Below, piece by piece: positions 31,186 through 43,095 of a DNA stretch of 64,000 bases. The notes beneath the pieces were generated by a model. The model saw only the letters and a list, made by a program, of their open reading frames with translations, ran no database searches and was not told the DNA's origin. A program made the position numbers and the translations under genes. Source of the stretch: Spirochaetaceae bacterium (lineage in GTDB: Bacteria > Spirochaetota > Spirochaetia > DSM-2461); the NCBI GenBank assembly GCA_965224705.1, contig OZ245056.1:992001-1056000 (forward strand), given 5' to 3'. How positions within the stretch are numbered: the first letter of the stretch is position 1; each line of letters begins with the position of its first letter.

Positions 31186-32331
31186 ATGCAGATTATTGCG
31201 GTTGCCAGTGGTAAGGGAGGGGTAGGGAAATCCTTGATCTCTGCCAATTTAGCCATTGCACTTGCACAGAAGGATAAAAATACTGTTCTTGCCGACCTTG
31301 ACCTGGGTGGTTCCAACCTACACCTTGTTCTTGGTGAGAAGGCAGGAACAAAAGGCATTGGAACCTTCCTTAACAACAGTAAGACCTCCATTGAATCCAT
31401 ACATTATCCCACTTCCTGGAAAAATCTGAAGTTCATCCCTGGTGAAGCAGAACTTCCAGGTGTTGCCAATATAACGGCCTCGACTAAAAAGCGACTCTTA
31501 CGATCATTGAACAGTCTGGATGCTGACTTCCTTATCCTTGATCTGGGTGCTGGAACGAGTTTCAATACAATTGATTTATTCCTGCTCTCGGGTTGCGGTA
31601 TGCTTATCTCAACCCCAACCTATACGGCCACACTCAATGCCTACCTATTCCTAAAAAATGCAATCTTCAGAGTCTTAACAGGAACATACAGTAAACAGTC
31701 TCCTGTTCACGCATATATGGAAAAACTCCGTAAGGATGGAACATCTTTACAGCGGGTTTATCTGAATCAACTTCTTGATTTGATAAAGCAAATGGATGCT
31801 GAGGCGTATGAAAACTACAGGGAGAAAATCTCACATTTCAGACCAAGGCTGATTATGAACATGCTGGATGACCCTGGAGACATCTCCCGCAGTCAAAGAT
31901 TGCGTATATCATCGCGGGAATATCTGGGCGTTACCATGGACAGTCTGGGTGTGATATACAGGGACAAGATGCAGGATGCAGCGCAACGTTCCAGATTGCC
32001 GATTCTGGTTTACAAACCACATTCCATCCTCTCCCAGGCCATATTTCGTATTGCAGACAAAATTCTTGAGATGAAAGAAGATAAAACCGGTCCATTAACG
32101 GACCTGGAAGCCGATGATAGATTTAGAGCAGCAGAATTGGAAGCAGAATCTGATTTCTCCGCAAAGGTATCTTCACTGGAAGAACTGCTCCATAGTGGTG
32201 CTTTATCACAGGGTGACTTAATTGAAACGATTCGATCACAACAGATGGAAATTGAAGCCCTCAAGAAGGAAAGTCGATTTCTCAGGAAGAAAATTCTCAA
32301 AGCGGCAGAAAAAGGATATAAGGATTTATAG
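31186..32331 (+). CDS. MinD/FlhG-like P-loop ATPase
   Basis: ASGKGGVGKS, DLDLGGSN and DLGAG motifs. Confidence 0.88.
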   Translation: MQIIAVASGKGGVGKSLISANLAIALAQKDKNTVLADLDLGGSNLHLVLGEKAGTKGIGTFLNNSKTSIESIHYPTSWKNLKFIPGEAELPGVANITASTKKRLLRSLNSLDADFLILDLGAGTSFNTIDLFLLSGCGMLISTPTYTATLNAYLFLKNAIFRVLTGTYSKQSPVHAYMEKLRKDGTSLQRVYLNQLLDLIKQMDAEAYENYREKISHFRPRLIMNMLDDPGDISRSQRLRISSREYLGVTMDSLGVIYRDKMQDAAQRSRLPILVYKPHSILSQAIFRIADKILEMKEDKTGPLTDLEADDRFRAAELEAESDFSAKVSSLEELLHSGALSQGDLIETIRSQQMEIEALKKESRFLRKKILKAAEKGYKDL

Positions 32332-32938
32332 TGAGCAGCAAGTTTTGAGAACAGCTGTAACTGGAGAGGTCTTGCTGAAAGAAGCCTTTCGTAAATCCAT
32401 CCATGTAACAATTGTTTTTGTTCCAGCCCTGGCAGATTGGAATTCATATCTTACAGTCACCTTACTTTGTACAGGTATTCTCTTTTATCTTATGAATGAA
32501 ACAGCTCGTATTATTGGTGTTGAATATGGCTTGATCAGCCGAATTACGGCAATAGCTTCCCGGTCAACTGAACAGGGATTTTTATGGGGTCCGATAACAT
32601 TGGGGCTTGGTGCTTTGACAGCTATGCTCTTCTACCCTGATCCTTCTGCGAGACTGGCTGTTTACGCACTTGCTTTTGGGGATGGTGTGGCAAGTCTTGT
32701 TGGAAAGCTCTGGGGTCGGCACAGTATTCCATGGCCAGGTAACAAAACTTTTGTCGGTTCTCTGGCATGTTTTACAGCTGTATTCATCAGCTCCTATCTC
32801 TACCTACATTCAGTATTGCCTGCTTTGCTAACAGCTGCAGTTGCCACTTTGCTGGAGCTTATTCCCATCAAGGACTTTGACAATATTATAATTCCTGCGG
32901 GAACAGGATTCATTCTGTATTTAGTTTATAACCATTGA
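32222..32938 (+). CDS. Dolichol/phytol kinase-like (cytidylyltransferase family) membrane protein
   Basis: RKSIH, FGDGVASLVG, KTFVGS and DN motifs. True start likely later. Confidence 0.8.
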   Translation: MKRFDHNRWKLKPSRRKVDFSGRKFSKRQKKDIRIYSEQQVLRTAVTGEVLLKEAFRKSIHVTIVFVPALADWNSYLTVTLLCTGILFYLMNETARIIGVEYGLISRITAIASRSTEQGFLWGPITLGLGALTAMLFYPDPSARLAVYALAFGDGVASLVGKLWGRHSIPWPGNKTFVGSLACFTAVFISSYLYLHSVLPALLTAAVATLLELIPIKDFDNIIIPAGTGFILYLVYNH

Positions 32939-33732
32939 TAGATTTTGTGCATCATCCAGGAAAAACCAATCACTCCGACTGTCATCAATATGGTGCCAAT
33001 AATGGCCAGGGTAATATCTCCGAAGAAGCTCAGGTCACTGCCAATAATTATGAACAGCAGGAATAATACCAGTGGATAGTACCTGTTATTCATTCGATTG
33101 ATACTTGTACCAGCCATTGATACTATTGCAAGGAACTCCAATGATAAACATGAAAGTGTCAGGGTTTTATCGATACTGGTCCTGTAGAGAAGGTTTCCCA
33201 TGGGTTGTGTGATATCCAGCGGAATCAATACAGCGATAGCAAGGGAAGTCAATGCTCCCATACCAAGGACATAACCGGATTGTCGAAGAGGCATATTGGA
33301 AGAGTAAAGGCCTATATTCAACAGGGCGGTGATACCGGCAAACCGGCCAAACCATGCGATTCTTGTGGATGCAATTCCCATGTCAGTATTGAACGGCAAT
33401 ACTAACCGGGCGGCCTGCAATGGAAGAAGAAGGAGGAACAGTCGAAGAAAAAAGAGTTCTGATGAGTGATGGAAACCGAATCCTTTTCTGAATCCAATTT
33501 CACCAAACAAACTTAGAAGAAGATAGACTGTTATTGTGAACAGAGCTCCTGCCAGGTCTTTTTCAGTATATGCTCGAGTGATTCCCCACCATACTTTTGT
33601 TGTCGGTGGGGAAAAAGAAGAAATCAAATCCAGCTTAATCAGATCGTACCATACGAAAACAACAGCCAATACACCAATTATAGCTGATACGAAGAGGCTG
33701 TTTAGAAGTACGCGGCGAATCGGTAAAGTCAC
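32926..33732 (-). CDS. Hypothetical polytopic membrane protein
   Basis: 268 aa with multiple TM segments. Confidence 0.7.
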   Translation of the reverse strand: MTLPIRRVLLNSLFVSAIIGVLAVVFVWYDLIKLDLISSFSPPTTKVWWGITRAYTEKDLAGALFTITVYLLLSLFGEIGFRKGFGFHHSSELFFLRLFLLLLPLQAARLVLPFNTDMGIASTRIAWFGRFAGITALLNIGLYSSNMPLRQSGYVLGMGALTSLAIAVLIPLDITQPMGNLLYRTSIDKTLTLSCLSLEFLAIVSMAGTSINRMNNRYYPLVLFLLFIIIGSDLSFFGDITLAIIGTILMTVGVIGFSWMMHKIYQWL

Positions 33733-33855
33733 CCTGTCAGAATGACATAAGAGTTAGATTTTGGCCAGAGATGCCCCGTGTATAATTCCCTCATTATTCA
33801 ATATCAAAACTGGCTGAAAGAAATACCTGTATGCAATGTTTTCTGACGCACTCAA

Positions 33856-34875
33856 TCAGTTTTCCACATTGTACTCATTACCCACTTTTCTTGCCCTGAC
33901 CGTCTTATCCAGATTTACTCCTGCAACCAGTCCTGCTTCGACAAGCAAATTCCACCCTGCGGCCAGATACACATACTCCTTCCAGGTTCCGTGAGCAGGA
34001 ACCTGAAGAGTGGGAAAGAGTGTATCCCTGTCCGCGATAGCAATGACAGGTAAACCCACACCATCGGCCAGGCAGTCTTTTATTTTTGCCTCTTCCTCTG
34101 AAAATGGATCGATCAAAACAAGTACATCATTTTCGCTCATAATCTCTTCAATACCATGAGAAACGTAAGTGCCTTCCAGGTAGTCGGACGGTTTCCTGAC
34201 AATTTCGTTGGTTTTCAGTGTAAGCTCCTCGGCTACACCATCATTGCGACCGGCAAAATAAATTGTTTTTGCTCCTGCAACAGTTCTGCTCAGTTCATCA
34301 GGAATTGTCAGATGCAATGCCTCTGCCACTCCATCCGCTCCGAATGCTGTGTCTGGGAATTCTCGATTATTCAATTTCGTTATAACTGCCTGCCAGACCA
34401 TGGCCTGCTCGACAACACTTTTCGTTGCGGCGACAGCATTTTCTGCTCCACAGTTAAGAATGTAAGCGGCATCAGAAGCCGCTTCCAGAGGTGTTCCAGG
34501 ATGGGACATTATACTGGCAAGCCCGGAATGCCCCTTCAGTCGAAGTTTTTTATACAGGCTGATCAATTCCCGCGTCCGTCCTGAGTTGGAGGCTCCGAGC
34601 AGACCGTAACCTTCCAGATTATACTCCATGGCCTGGGCGGCTCCTTCGGTCAAAGGAACAAGGGGGCCCGAGTTCTGCAATGCTTCCGCAATAGCCCTTT
34701 TGGCCGGAAATATCCGGCTTGAACCTTCACCTGTAATCATAATCGACAAATAACCGGATACGAGTTCTGCTAAATGATCCACCGAAGAAGCTTCAAACTG
34801 ACGCATAACATCCGGTGTTTCCAGCATTTCATGGCAAAGAGCGAATTGTGTATATCGATCATCTATTCTATTCAT
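33856..34875 (-). CDS. SIS-domain sugar isomerase (GlmS isomerase-like)
   Basis: EMLETP, TGEGSS, SNSGRT, ENAVAATKS and LKTNE motifs. Start MNRIDD. Confidence 0.85.
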   Translation of the reverse strand: MNRIDDRYTQFALCHEMLETPDVMRQFEASSVDHLAELVSGYLSIMITGEGSSRIFPAKRAIAEALQNSGPLVPLTEGAAQAMEYNLEGYGLLGASNSGRTRELISLYKKLRLKGHSGLASIMSHPGTPLEAASDAAYILNCGAENAVAATKSVVEQAMVWQAVITKLNNREFPDTAFGADGVAEALHLTIPDELSRTVAGAKTIYFAGRNDGVAEELTLKTNEIVRKPSDYLEGTYVSHGIEEIMSENDVLVLIDPFSEEEAKIKDCLADGVGLPVIAIADRDTLFPTLQVPAHGTWKEYVYLAAGWNLLVEAGLVAGVNLDKTVRARKVGNEYNVEN

Positions 34876-35647
34876 TGTGTCTCCTGTAACGAATATATTG
34901 ACTGAGTTCTTCCTGGAGTAAGGGATTTTTCTGGAACCCTCCCCCCAGATGCTGCCAGTAGCATTCCGCATATTCTACATTGACCATGGAGCCAAGTTCA
35001 GCACTGAACTTCCTCATTTCATCAAAAAAATTATCCATCCCCTGCATTTTCTTCATTAATTCCTGCTGGGATTCGTGCTGAGAGAGCATTGTCATCTTTG
35101 TATCCATGGGTTTGCCTGAAATATCAACAAAGAAATGGGGCTCAGGAACCGGTCCTCCCAGAGGATCTGTAAAACCCATAGGCATCCCATGGTAGAGGAG
35201 GGGGGTGAACTTCAATGGCTCTTCGTCCGATGGAACATTGGGAAGGGTTGAAATCATGGCGGACGCATCCACAATACGGCAGGTGGTACGGTGATCCTGA
35301 TGGTAGTCAAAAGGCGGATGAGTAATAACGACTCCAGCCCTCACTTTGCGCATCAGGGAAACCACTTCAATACGAATATCCATGGCATCGAATAAAAACC
35401 CATCCCGGCGGTTAAAACAATGGTAATCAGCACCGATAACAGCAGCGGCCTTCTCTGCCTCAGCCAGTCTTACCCTGATGGTTTCCTGCTCGTTCATACT
35501 TATTCCGCCAAGTCCGCCAGCCGTCATGGTTGCAATGAAAATTCTCCATCCCCTGTCAGCCAGCAGGGACAGGGTACCGGCACTCCAGGCCTCCGCATCG
35601 TCAGGATGGGCCTGAATAATGAGTAGATTCTCAGGAAGCCGATTCAT
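34868..35647 (-). CDS. PIG-L family deacetylase
   Basis: AHPDD, DYHQDH and HESQ motifs. Confidence 0.9.
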   Translation of the reverse strand: MNRLPENLLIIQAHPDDAEAWSAGTLSLLADRGWRIFIATMTAGGLGGISMNEQETIRVRLAEAEKAAAVIGADYHCFNRRDGFLFDAMDIRIEVVSLMRKVRAGVVITHPPFDYHQDHRTTCRIVDASAMISTLPNVPSDEEPLKFTPLLYHGMPMGFTDPLGGPVPEPHFFVDISGKPMDTKMTMLSQHESQQELMKKMQGMDNFFDEMRKFSAELGSMVNVEYAECYWQHLGGGFQKNPLLQEELSQYIRYRRHNE

Positions 35648-35664
35648 AGGTGATACTCCTTATA

Positions 35665-38235
35665 TCAATGTTCAAAACGCAAACCCCTGGAATCAGAATC
35701 CACTTTTATTCTGTTCCCCTCAATAAATTTACCGGACAACAACATTTTTGCCAGAGGATTTTCAACCAGATCCCGGATAGCCCTCCTCAGGGGGCGGGCT
35801 CCATAGGCGGGATCATAGCCCCGCCTGGCAATGAGATCCTTCGCATTATCAGTAAAAACAATACTCATGCGTTTTTCCTCTATCCTGGATGCCAGCTTAC
35901 CCAGAAGGATGTCCAGAATTGACCGGATTTGTTTCTTACCGAGGGACTCAAACACAATGGTTTCATCTACCCGGTTAAGGAATTCAGGTTTGAATACCAT
36001 CTTTAGGCGTTCATCCAGTATGGTTCTGGTTTCCTCATTAATTCCCTTTTCAAGAATTATATCAGAACCGAGATTGCTGGTCATGATGATGAGTGAATGT
36101 CGGAAATCAACAACCTTTCCCTGACTGTCCGTCAGGCGGCCATCATCGAGGAGTTGGAGGAGAAGGTCGAAAACATCTGGATGTGCTTTCTCTATTTCAT
36201 CAAACAAAATCACGGAATAGGGTCTGCGGCGAACAACTTCTGTCAACTGCCCTCCTTCTTCATAGCCCACATATCCCGGCGGGGCTCCCACCAGACGGGA
36301 AACAGCGAATTTCTCCATGTACTCACTCATGTCGATGCGGGTGAGGGCCTTTTCATCATCAAACAGGAAGGCAGCCAGAGTTCTGGCCAGTTCCGTTTTC
36401 CCGACACCGGTGGGACCCAGAAATATAAACGATCCCAGAGGTCTTCCGGGATCTGATAAACCACTTCTATTTCGGCGAACCGCATTGGCAACAGCCTGCA
36501 CAGCAGCATCCTGCCCCACCACCCGTTTCATGAGAATGGTTTCCAGTGTAAGGTACTTCTCCTTCTCCGAGGTCATCATTTTTGATATCGGGATGCCTGT
36601 CCAGGCAGAAACTATCTGAGCAATATCTTCCTCACCAATTTCTTCCCTGAGTAGACTTTTCTCGCCCTGAAGTTTTTTCAAATGACCTGTCTTTTCATCA
36701 AGGATCCCCTGGGCTGTTGGGAGCTTTCCATGAAGAATTTCTGCGGCTAAGGCAAGATTGCCATCCCTTTTTGCTATGGATGCCTGGTCATTCAACTCTT
36801 CAATTGTCTGCTTAATTTCCCTTATTTCCTCAATAGCTCCTTTTTCATTTTCCCATTGAGTTTTCAATGCATCCCGTTCGGCACTCAGGTCTGCCAGTTC
36901 CTGGCTCAGGGTTTTCAATCTTTCCAGTGATGCAGGATCGCTTTCCCTGTCCAAAGATTGCTTTTCAATCATCATCTGAAGAACTTTTCGATCAAGGGAG
37001 TCGAGTTCCACCGGCTGGCTTTCGATTTCCATTTTTACATGACTGGCTGCTTCATCCACCAGATCCAATGCCTTATCCGGCAGGAAGCGGTTGGTGATGT
37101 ATCTATTGGAAAGGGCGGCGGCAGCGATCAGGGCTTCATCCCGAATACGCACACCATGATGAACTTCATACCTCTCACGCAGGCCGCGCAGGATAGCGAC
37201 CGTGTCCTCCACTGTAGATTCCGTAACCATTACCTGTTGAAAGCGCCGTTCAAATGCCGCATCCTTTTCAATGTGCTTGCGGTATTCATCAAGAGTGGTG
37301 GCCCCTATGGTGTGCAGATCACCCCGTGCCAGAGCAGGTTTAAGGAGATTGGACGCATCTGTTCCGCCTTCCACCGCACCGGCACCCATCACCGTATGGA
37401 GTTCATCAATGAATAGAATAATGCTGCCCTCAGAGGAGGTGACATCCTGAATCACTCCTTTGAGACGTTCCTCAAATTCCCCCCTGAACTTCGCACCGGC
37501 AACCAGAGAACCCATGTCCAGGGCAAGAAGCCTTTTACCGCGAAGTGAGTCCGGCACATCCCCATCAACGATGCGTCCGGCCAGGCCTTCAATGATGGCT
37601 GTTTTTCCCGTTCCCGGTTCACCAATAAGAACCGGATTGTTCTTTGTCCGCCTGCTGAGTACCTGCATCACTCTACGCACCTCGGTATCCCGGCCTATCA
37701 CCGGATCGAGTTTCCCCTGACGGGCCTGGCGAGTGAGATCCACTGTGTATTTTTCCAGAGCTCTGAATTTGCTCTCCGGGTCCTGATCGGTTACCCGACG
37801 GCTTCCCCTGATCTCTTTGAGGGCATTGAGCAGTGATTTTTTCTCACCGCCATGTTTCTTGAGAATCTGGCCTGCCGGGGTATTCGATCCTGCTATTGCC
37901 AGAAGAATATGCTCAACGGAAATATACTCATCTTTGAAATTATCTGCTTCCTTTTCAGCGGTTTTGAGTACTTTCGCCGCTGCCGTTGTCAGGCTTACTT
38001 GAACAGTATCTCCATAAGTACGAGGTTTGGCCTTGAAGACAGACTGCAGCTCAGCGTCCAGTTGTCCGGGTTCAATTCCCAGTCTGGCAAGAAGATGGGG
38101 TACGATTCCATCCTCCTGGACAATCAAAGCAGCAAGAATATGTTCCACATCCAGCTGGGCATGTCCTGCGGCTTCAGCCAGTTTCCCGGCAGATTCCAGA
38201 GCTTCCCGGCTTTTAATTGTGTACTGATCCTGCAT
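35665..38235 (-). CDS. clpB: Chaperone ClpB
   Basis: Two AAA modules ([16 protein letters not shown]), coiled-coil M domain and GAPPGYVGY. Confidence 0.96.
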   Translation of the reverse strand: MQDQYTIKSREALESAGKLAEAAGHAQLDVEHILAALIVQEDGIVPHLLARLGIEPGQLDAELQSVFKAKPRTYGDTVQVSLTTAAAKVLKTAEKEADNFKDEYISVEHILLAIAGSNTPAGQILKKHGGEKKSLLNALKEIRGSRRVTDQDPESKFRALEKYTVDLTRQARQGKLDPVIGRDTEVRRVMQVLSRRTKNNPVLIGEPGTGKTAIIEGLAGRIVDGDVPDSLRGKRLLALDMGSLVAGAKFRGEFEERLKGVIQDVTSSEGSIILFIDELHTVMGAGAVEGGTDASNLLKPALARGDLHTIGATTLDEYRKHIEKDAAFERRFQQVMVTESTVEDTVAILRGLRERYEVHHGVRIRDEALIAAAALSNRYITNRFLPDKALDLVDEAASHVKMEIESQPVELDSLDRKVLQMMIEKQSLDRESDPASLERLKTLSQELADLSAERDALKTQWENEKGAIEEIREIKQTIEELNDQASIAKRDGNLALAAEILHGKLPTAQGILDEKTGHLKKLQGEKSLLREEIGEEDIAQIVSAWTGIPISKMMTSEKEKYLTLETILMKRVVGQDAAVQAVANAVRRNRSGLSDPGRPLGSFIFLGPTGVGKTELARTLAAFLFDDEKALTRIDMSEYMEKFAVSRLVGAPPGYVGYEEGGQLTEVVRRRPYSVILFDEIEKAHPDVFDLLLQLLDDGRLTDSQGKVVDFRHSLIIMTSNLGSDIILEKGINEETRTILDERLKMVFKPEFLNRVDETIVFESLGKKQIRSILDILLGKLASRIEEKRMSIVFTDNAKDLIARRGYDPAYGARPLRRAIRDLVENPLAKMLLSGKFIEGNRIKVDSDSRGLRFEH

Positions 38236-38435
38236 GCAGCTACCTCCCTGGGGTCTTTACAAATCTAGCATTATAACTGGCTTTAGACAACGTGAACCGA
38301 TTCACTCAATTCTTCCGGCTGCCCTTCAGCGAGATGAATCCATCTGATTTCAGGTTCAAAGCCTGGCTGCTGTTATCCTTCAATTTATCGGGTATGTATA
38401 TTTTCATTGCTCCACGTCGCCATTACAATGAATCC

Positions 38436-38873
38436 ATGAGTGAAAAACGAGAAATAGTATTACTGCTGGACTGCTTCACCAGGACCGAGGCTGAAGCCGC
38501 TCTGTCCATGTATGCGGAAACTGGTGAAGACGCCTCAGTTGTCAGCGTTGCTCCTGTTACCGAACTGGTTGCAGCGCAGAATACTTCCGAGGCCATTGAA
38601 GCCGTGTTATCAAAACAGTGGCCTGGAGGAACACCCAGGACAGGAAATCGCCAGGGAGCATTGATTTCCGGGGCAGACAAACGAAGTGCTGTTATTCTCA
38701 TGCGTTGTTTCAAACAGGTACTGCCGAAGGATTCTGATCCTGCTTTTGCAATGGTTACCGAAACAGGTTTAACCTGGACAGTTGAAGAATACCTGGCTCA
38801 CATCCGAAAAGAGCATGACTTCATGAAAACGGCCAATCCTGCTGACGACCCGGATATGCGGGCCATGGATTAA
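38436..38873 (+). CDS. Conserved hypothetical protein (DUF3783-like C-terminus)
   Basis: FAMVTETGLTWTVEEYLAHIRKEH pattern. Confidence 0.65.
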   Translation: MSEKREIVLLLDCFTRTEAEAALSMYAETGEDASVVSVAPVTELVAAQNTSEAIEAVLSKQWPGGTPRTGNRQGALISGADKRSAVILMRCFKQVLPKDSDPAFAMVTETGLTWTVEEYLAHIRKEHDFMKTANPADDPDMRAMD

Positions 38874-38923
38874 TGATCCGCTGAAAAAAAATACACCGCT
38901 TCCCAGCGAAAAGCTGAAAAGCG

Positions 38924-41230
38924 GTGCAAACTATAATAGTTTCCAGGACAGGCATCAGGGGAAAGGAGGAAACCCCAAGCCTTCATAGTTTTTTAGAAGT
39001 AAAACCACGAAATGCAGAAAAGGTTACGAAATTGAGCAAAAAAACTTCACGTACGATTTATCTTTCTCGCTCAGAACGCAGAACAGGCGGACGACTTTAT
39101 CTCCGTTTCACAGCGATGAATGGTCTGAGTATAACATTTCTAGGGGAATCGACAGTGATACTGCTGGCCATGCATTTTGGGGCCCGGAATATTGAGCTAG
39201 GATTCATTTCAGGTATGATGCACATCTCCGGAATCATTCTGCTGATTATTCCCCGCCTGTTCAGGGATAGGAATATTGTAACGGTGGGATTCTGGGCGTG
39301 GATGATCCGGGGTCTCGCCAGTGTTCCTTACATTGCACTGTTTTATATTGAAGGCCGGAACGCTGTCATTCTAATCATGAGTCTGTACGCACTTTTCTGC
39401 GTCTCAAGAACAACCGGTATCTCCATGGTTACGACTGTTCAAAAACGCTTGTTATCCAATCGTACACTGGGAGAAGGGATATTCCGTGCTAGTTCATCAT
39501 TTCAGAGTACACAAATAGTTTCACGTCTTGTGAGCTATGGAATACTGTCTCTGAGATTCCTCTCGGATCTTAATGGATTGCTCATTCTTCAGGGACTTGG
39601 ACTTATTTCCAATACTCTGTCTGCCCTATCATTCAAGAGAATCCCCAATCGAACCCGGGTGGAGTATAAAAAGGGGAAGAATCTTTTTGTTATACTGGCA
39701 GAAAGTATTAAAAATCCCCAGCATCGCCGCATCCTTTTTCTTCGCTGGATCGCCCTGGGGCAGTTGATACTTTTTTCAATGTCCATTCCTTTTCTACGCC
39801 GTTCTGCTGGTTTTTCATCAGCCTCAATCTTTCTCTTCACCATCTCCCTCTCACTGGCAGCCTTGCTATCGAGTTTATCGCTCAGGCCCATAGTCAAGAG
39901 GGCAGGAAGTCGGCCCATACTCATTTTTGTCACCATACCAGCAGCAATTCTATTCTTCTGCTGGGCAATTCTTCCCACCTCTCTTTCATCTGAGTTCTTC
40001 ATCATTTTTGGTTTCAGTACTTTGTTCTTCTTGAACTCATCGCATCTGGCAGTCAATCAGATGCTGATGAGCATCACTCCTGATGACAATGCCGTCGGAT
40101 TTAATTCAATGGAAACCTTTGTTACCTCCCTGCTGGCCATCATACTTGGTTTCAGTGCCGGTTACCTGGCCGATCTATCCCCTACAATCTCTACCATATT
40201 GCCGATTAATGATTTCGGTCTGGTTTTCGTGCCTGCCTGTATTGGATCTGTGATTCAATCTTTACTGGCCTTGAAGATTTCGGAACCAGGAAGCATGAGT
40301 CTAAAAGACGCTGCAAGGATTATTACCCGGGTGGACAATTTGAAAATGTGGCAAACTATAGCCAACCTGGAAACTACAGCAAACCCGGTAAAAAGGAAAA
40401 CCCTGATCCATACTATGGGCCACAGCAATGCCCCTGTCGCATCTTCGGAAATAATCAAAATTCTCTCCGAACCCCTCTCGGTTGAAAAAGGTGACCTCAT
40501 TGAAACTCTCTTCTTCACTCCTCGTCCGGAACTCCTGGAGTTTCTTTGTGAAGAAGCTCTGAATAAGGAATCTTTTTACCGTGACAAGGCTGTTTTCGCT
40601 CTTGGGGCCTATTTTGACGACAGATCGATTTCTGCTCTGGAAATTCTGCTTGATGATGATGATCAATACATACAATCCATAGCCGCAAAGAGTCTCGGGC
40701 GATTGAGATCAACCAGGCATCTTGGAGCAATTCAACAGCGATGGAAGAAGTCCAGAAGTATTCAGGAAAGGTTGAATTACATGATCGGGCTTTTTCCTCT
40801 TGACCCCCACCGATTGTACATTGACGATCTTTTTTCACAGAAGATTGCAGATACAGGTGAACGAAGTCAGCAAACTTGTTTTACACTTCTGTCTCAACAG
40901 TTTGGTATGATTCCTCCACTGGGTATTTTATATAGAGATGAAGCAATGAGTTATGGTAAGGGATTGGAACTGCTGCTGGAGGAATCAAGGGACACCAGGT
41001 TTTTACTCGATCATGGGGAAGAGTTGGCCTTGTTATGGAAGGAGGGGCAGTACAAAAAGATCTGGGATTTGAATAAGGAGTTCCTTGACGGCCTGAACCC
41101 TCCTGCGGATATACTTCCGCTTGTTCGTGGGTTGCAGGGTTTTCCAACTGAAGGAGGGGATGCAGCCAACAGCCTGGCTGGTCTATATTTCTCCTATCAA
41201 ATTTCTACTGCTGAAAATGTTACTAAGTGA
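38924..41230 (+). CDS. MFS-like transporter fused to a HEAT-repeat domain
   Basis: ~12 TM segments followed by AVFALG..AAKSLGRL HEAT motifs. Start uncertain. Confidence 0.75.
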   Translation: MQTIIVSRTGIRGKEETPSLHSFLEVKPRNAEKVTKLSKKTSRTIYLSRSERRTGGRLYLRFTAMNGLSITFLGESTVILLAMHFGARNIELGFISGMMHISGIILLIIPRLFRDRNIVTVGFWAWMIRGLASVPYIALFYIEGRNAVILIMSLYALFCVSRTTGISMVTTVQKRLLSNRTLGEGIFRASSSFQSTQIVSRLVSYGILSLRFLSDLNGLLILQGLGLISNTLSALSFKRIPNRTRVEYKKGKNLFVILAESIKNPQHRRILFLRWIALGQLILFSMSIPFLRRSAGFSSASIFLFTISLSLAALLSSLSLRPIVKRAGSRPILIFVTIPAAILFFCWAILPTSLSSEFFIIFGFSTLFFLNSSHLAVNQMLMSITPDDNAVGFNSMETFVTSLLAIILGFSAGYLADLSPTISTILPINDFGLVFVPACIGSVIQSLLALKISEPGSMSLKDAARIITRVDNLKMWQTIANLETTANPVKRKTLIHTMGHSNAPVASSEIIKILSEPLSVEKGDLIETLFFTPRPELLEFLCEEALNKESFYRDKAVFALGAYFDDRSISALEILLDDDDQYIQSIAAKSLGRLRSTRHLGAIQQRWKKSRSIQERLNYMIGLFPLDPHRLYIDDLFSQKIADTGERSQQTCFTLLSQQFGMIPPLGILYRDEAMSYGKGLELLLEESRDTRFLLDHGEELALLWKEGQYKKIWDLNKEFLDGLNPPADILPLVRGLQGFPTEGGDAANSLAGLYFSYQISTAENVTK

Positions 41231-41239
41231 GATATCTGT

Positions 41240-42301
41240 ATGAAGCTTAAGCCGAACATTGCATCCATGGAAGCCTATGTTCCTGGAAAGACTTCTCATG
41301 GGGCTGTCAAACTATCCTCCAATGAAAATCCTCTTGGTCCGTCTAAAAAGGCAATCCATGCCATCCAATCATCTCTGAATCAAATCAATCGTTATCCCGA
41401 TGGAGCATCCACGCAGCTGCGGCAGAGCATTGCCCATCTTTGGGAAACCTCACCGGCAAACCTTGTAATCGGAAATGGGAGTGATGAGGTGATTTCTCTT
41501 ATGGCAGCCGCCTGGCTGTCACCGGGAGAGAATGCTGTTGGCACCAGGCAAACTTTCAGCCAGTACCGCTACGCTGTTGCACTCTTCGGGGGAGAAATGA
41601 GGGAAATTGATTTGAGGTATGGGAAATACGATCTGGACGGCATGGCAGATTGTGTGGATGAGAATACCCGGTTGGTGTTCATCTGCAATCCCAACAATCC
41701 CACCGGCACCTATCTGAGCCACAATGCAATTTCCAGATTCATGGATAATTTGCCGGAAAGTGCCATTGTTATAATCGATGAGGCCTATGCCGATTTTGTG
41801 GAAGCCGGGGATTTTCCAGATTCAAAATTGTTGCTGAAACAGTATAAAAACATTGTAGTTGTCCGCACTTTTTCCAAACTTTACGGCCTGGCAGGAATAC
41901 GGGTAGGTTATGGTGTTGGAGATTCCATTCTGACCTCCGGAGCAGAACGGGCTTCCATGCCTTTCAATGTTAACAGCCTTGGTCAGATTGCCGCATTGGC
42001 TGCCCTTGAAGACGAAGACCATCGATGCCAGACCCTGAGTCTTATCCATAAGGAAAAGGCTTTTCTTACCGGGGAATTGAACCGACGTGATATATTCTAC
42101 TATCCCACCGAGGCCAATTTCATCTGCCTCGGTTTGGGCCGGGAGGTCTCCCATATCTGGGATTCTGTTGCCCTGGGTGGAATTGCTGTCCGGGATTTGA
42201 AATCATTTGGATTGCCGGAAATGATGAGGTACACATTCGGCACCCGCGAAAACAACAGGCGTCTCCTGTCTATTATCGATAAACTGCAGGCAGAAAAATG
42301 A
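41240..42301 (+). CDS. hisC: Histidinol-phosphate aminotransferase
   Basis: KLSSNENPLG, GNGSDE, CNPNNPTG, DEAY and RTFSKLYGLAG.RVGY motifs. Confidence 0.93.
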   Translation: MKLKPNIASMEAYVPGKTSHGAVKLSSNENPLGPSKKAIHAIQSSLNQINRYPDGASTQLRQSIAHLWETSPANLVIGNGSDEVISLMAAAWLSPGENAVGTRQTFSQYRYAVALFGGEMREIDLRYGKYDLDGMADCVDENTRLVFICNPNNPTGTYLSHNAISRFMDNLPESAIVIIDEAYADFVEAGDFPDSKLLLKQYKNIVVVRTFSKLYGLAGIRVGYGVGDSILTSGAERASMPFNVNSLGQIAALAALEDEDHRCQTLSLIHKEKAFLTGELNRRDIFYYPTEANFICLGLGREVSHIWDSVALGGIAVRDLKSFGLPEMMRYTFGTRENNRRLLSIIDKLQAEK

Positions 42302-42987
42302 GCGTCTTTCAGGGGGGCGCTGCCGTTTTAGCCGCAGTCTCATTCTGCCTTATATTTGCTTACAGAATTCAATATCATTTCATCCATCGGAAACAATCGA
42401 GAAATCTTGTTCTGAAGCTGTTCATCATTGGTCTCATGCTGCCCATTGCGGCTGTTTTGATTGAACTTATCGTCATTCCTCTCTGCCGCCTTTTACCTTC
42501 GCCGTTTATCATCCCGGCAACAGCCTTCCTGGGAATTGCTTTCGTTGAAGAGTTTGTTAAATTTGGAGGTATAGCACTTCTTCTTAAGCGGTATAGAGGC
42601 TCAATCAGTGTTTTTGATGGAGCATTATTCGGCATGGCTGCTGCTTCTGGCTTTGCCCTGGTTGAGAACATCATCTATGTAATTGGCTCTGAATCAGCTT
42701 TGAATGCTGCCCTGCTTCGAAACTTTACCGCATTGCCGCTTCATATCCTCACAGGGAGTTTTCTGGGAATTGCCTGTGCCCGGGAAAGAAAACCTCCCCT
42801 ATGTAATGCAGGAGAAGTGTTCTTCCTTGCCGCCGTTGTTACTCATGGTGCGTATAATTGGGTACTCAAGGAGAATCGCCTCCCTTCGATTCTGGCAGGA
42901 GCTATTCTTATTGTCGGATGGGCCATATTGATCGTCATTCTCCATCAAAACCGTAATACTGGAAGTGACGAAAAGGTGTTGACATAA
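42298..42987 (+). CDS. PrsW-family intramembrane metalloprotease
   Basis: EEFVK, GFALVEN, PLH and HGAYN motifs. Confidence 0.85.
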   Translation: MSVFQGGAAVLAAVSFCLIFAYRIQYHFIHRKQSRNLVLKLFIIGLMLPIAAVLIELIVIPLCRLLPSPFIIPATAFLGIAFVEEFVKFGGIALLLKRYRGSISVFDGALFGMAAASGFALVENIIYVIGSESALNAALLRNFTALPLHILTGSFLGIACARERKPPLCNAGEVFFLAAVVTHGAYNWVLKENRLPSILAGAILIVGWAILIVILHQNRNTGSDEKVLT

Positions 42988-43022
42988 TGTTCGCACTGAA
43001 GTATCTTCGTCAGCATATTCAA

Positions 43023-43095
43023 CGCAGGGTAGAGCAGTTGGCAGCTCGTCGGGCTCATAACCCGGAGGTCGCAGGTTCGAGTCCTGTCCCTGCTA
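43023..43095 (+). tRNA. tRNA-fMet (CAT)
   Basis: Cloverleaf, C1:U72 mismatch, GGG/CCC anticodon stem and GGTTCGA T-loop. Confidence 0.95.
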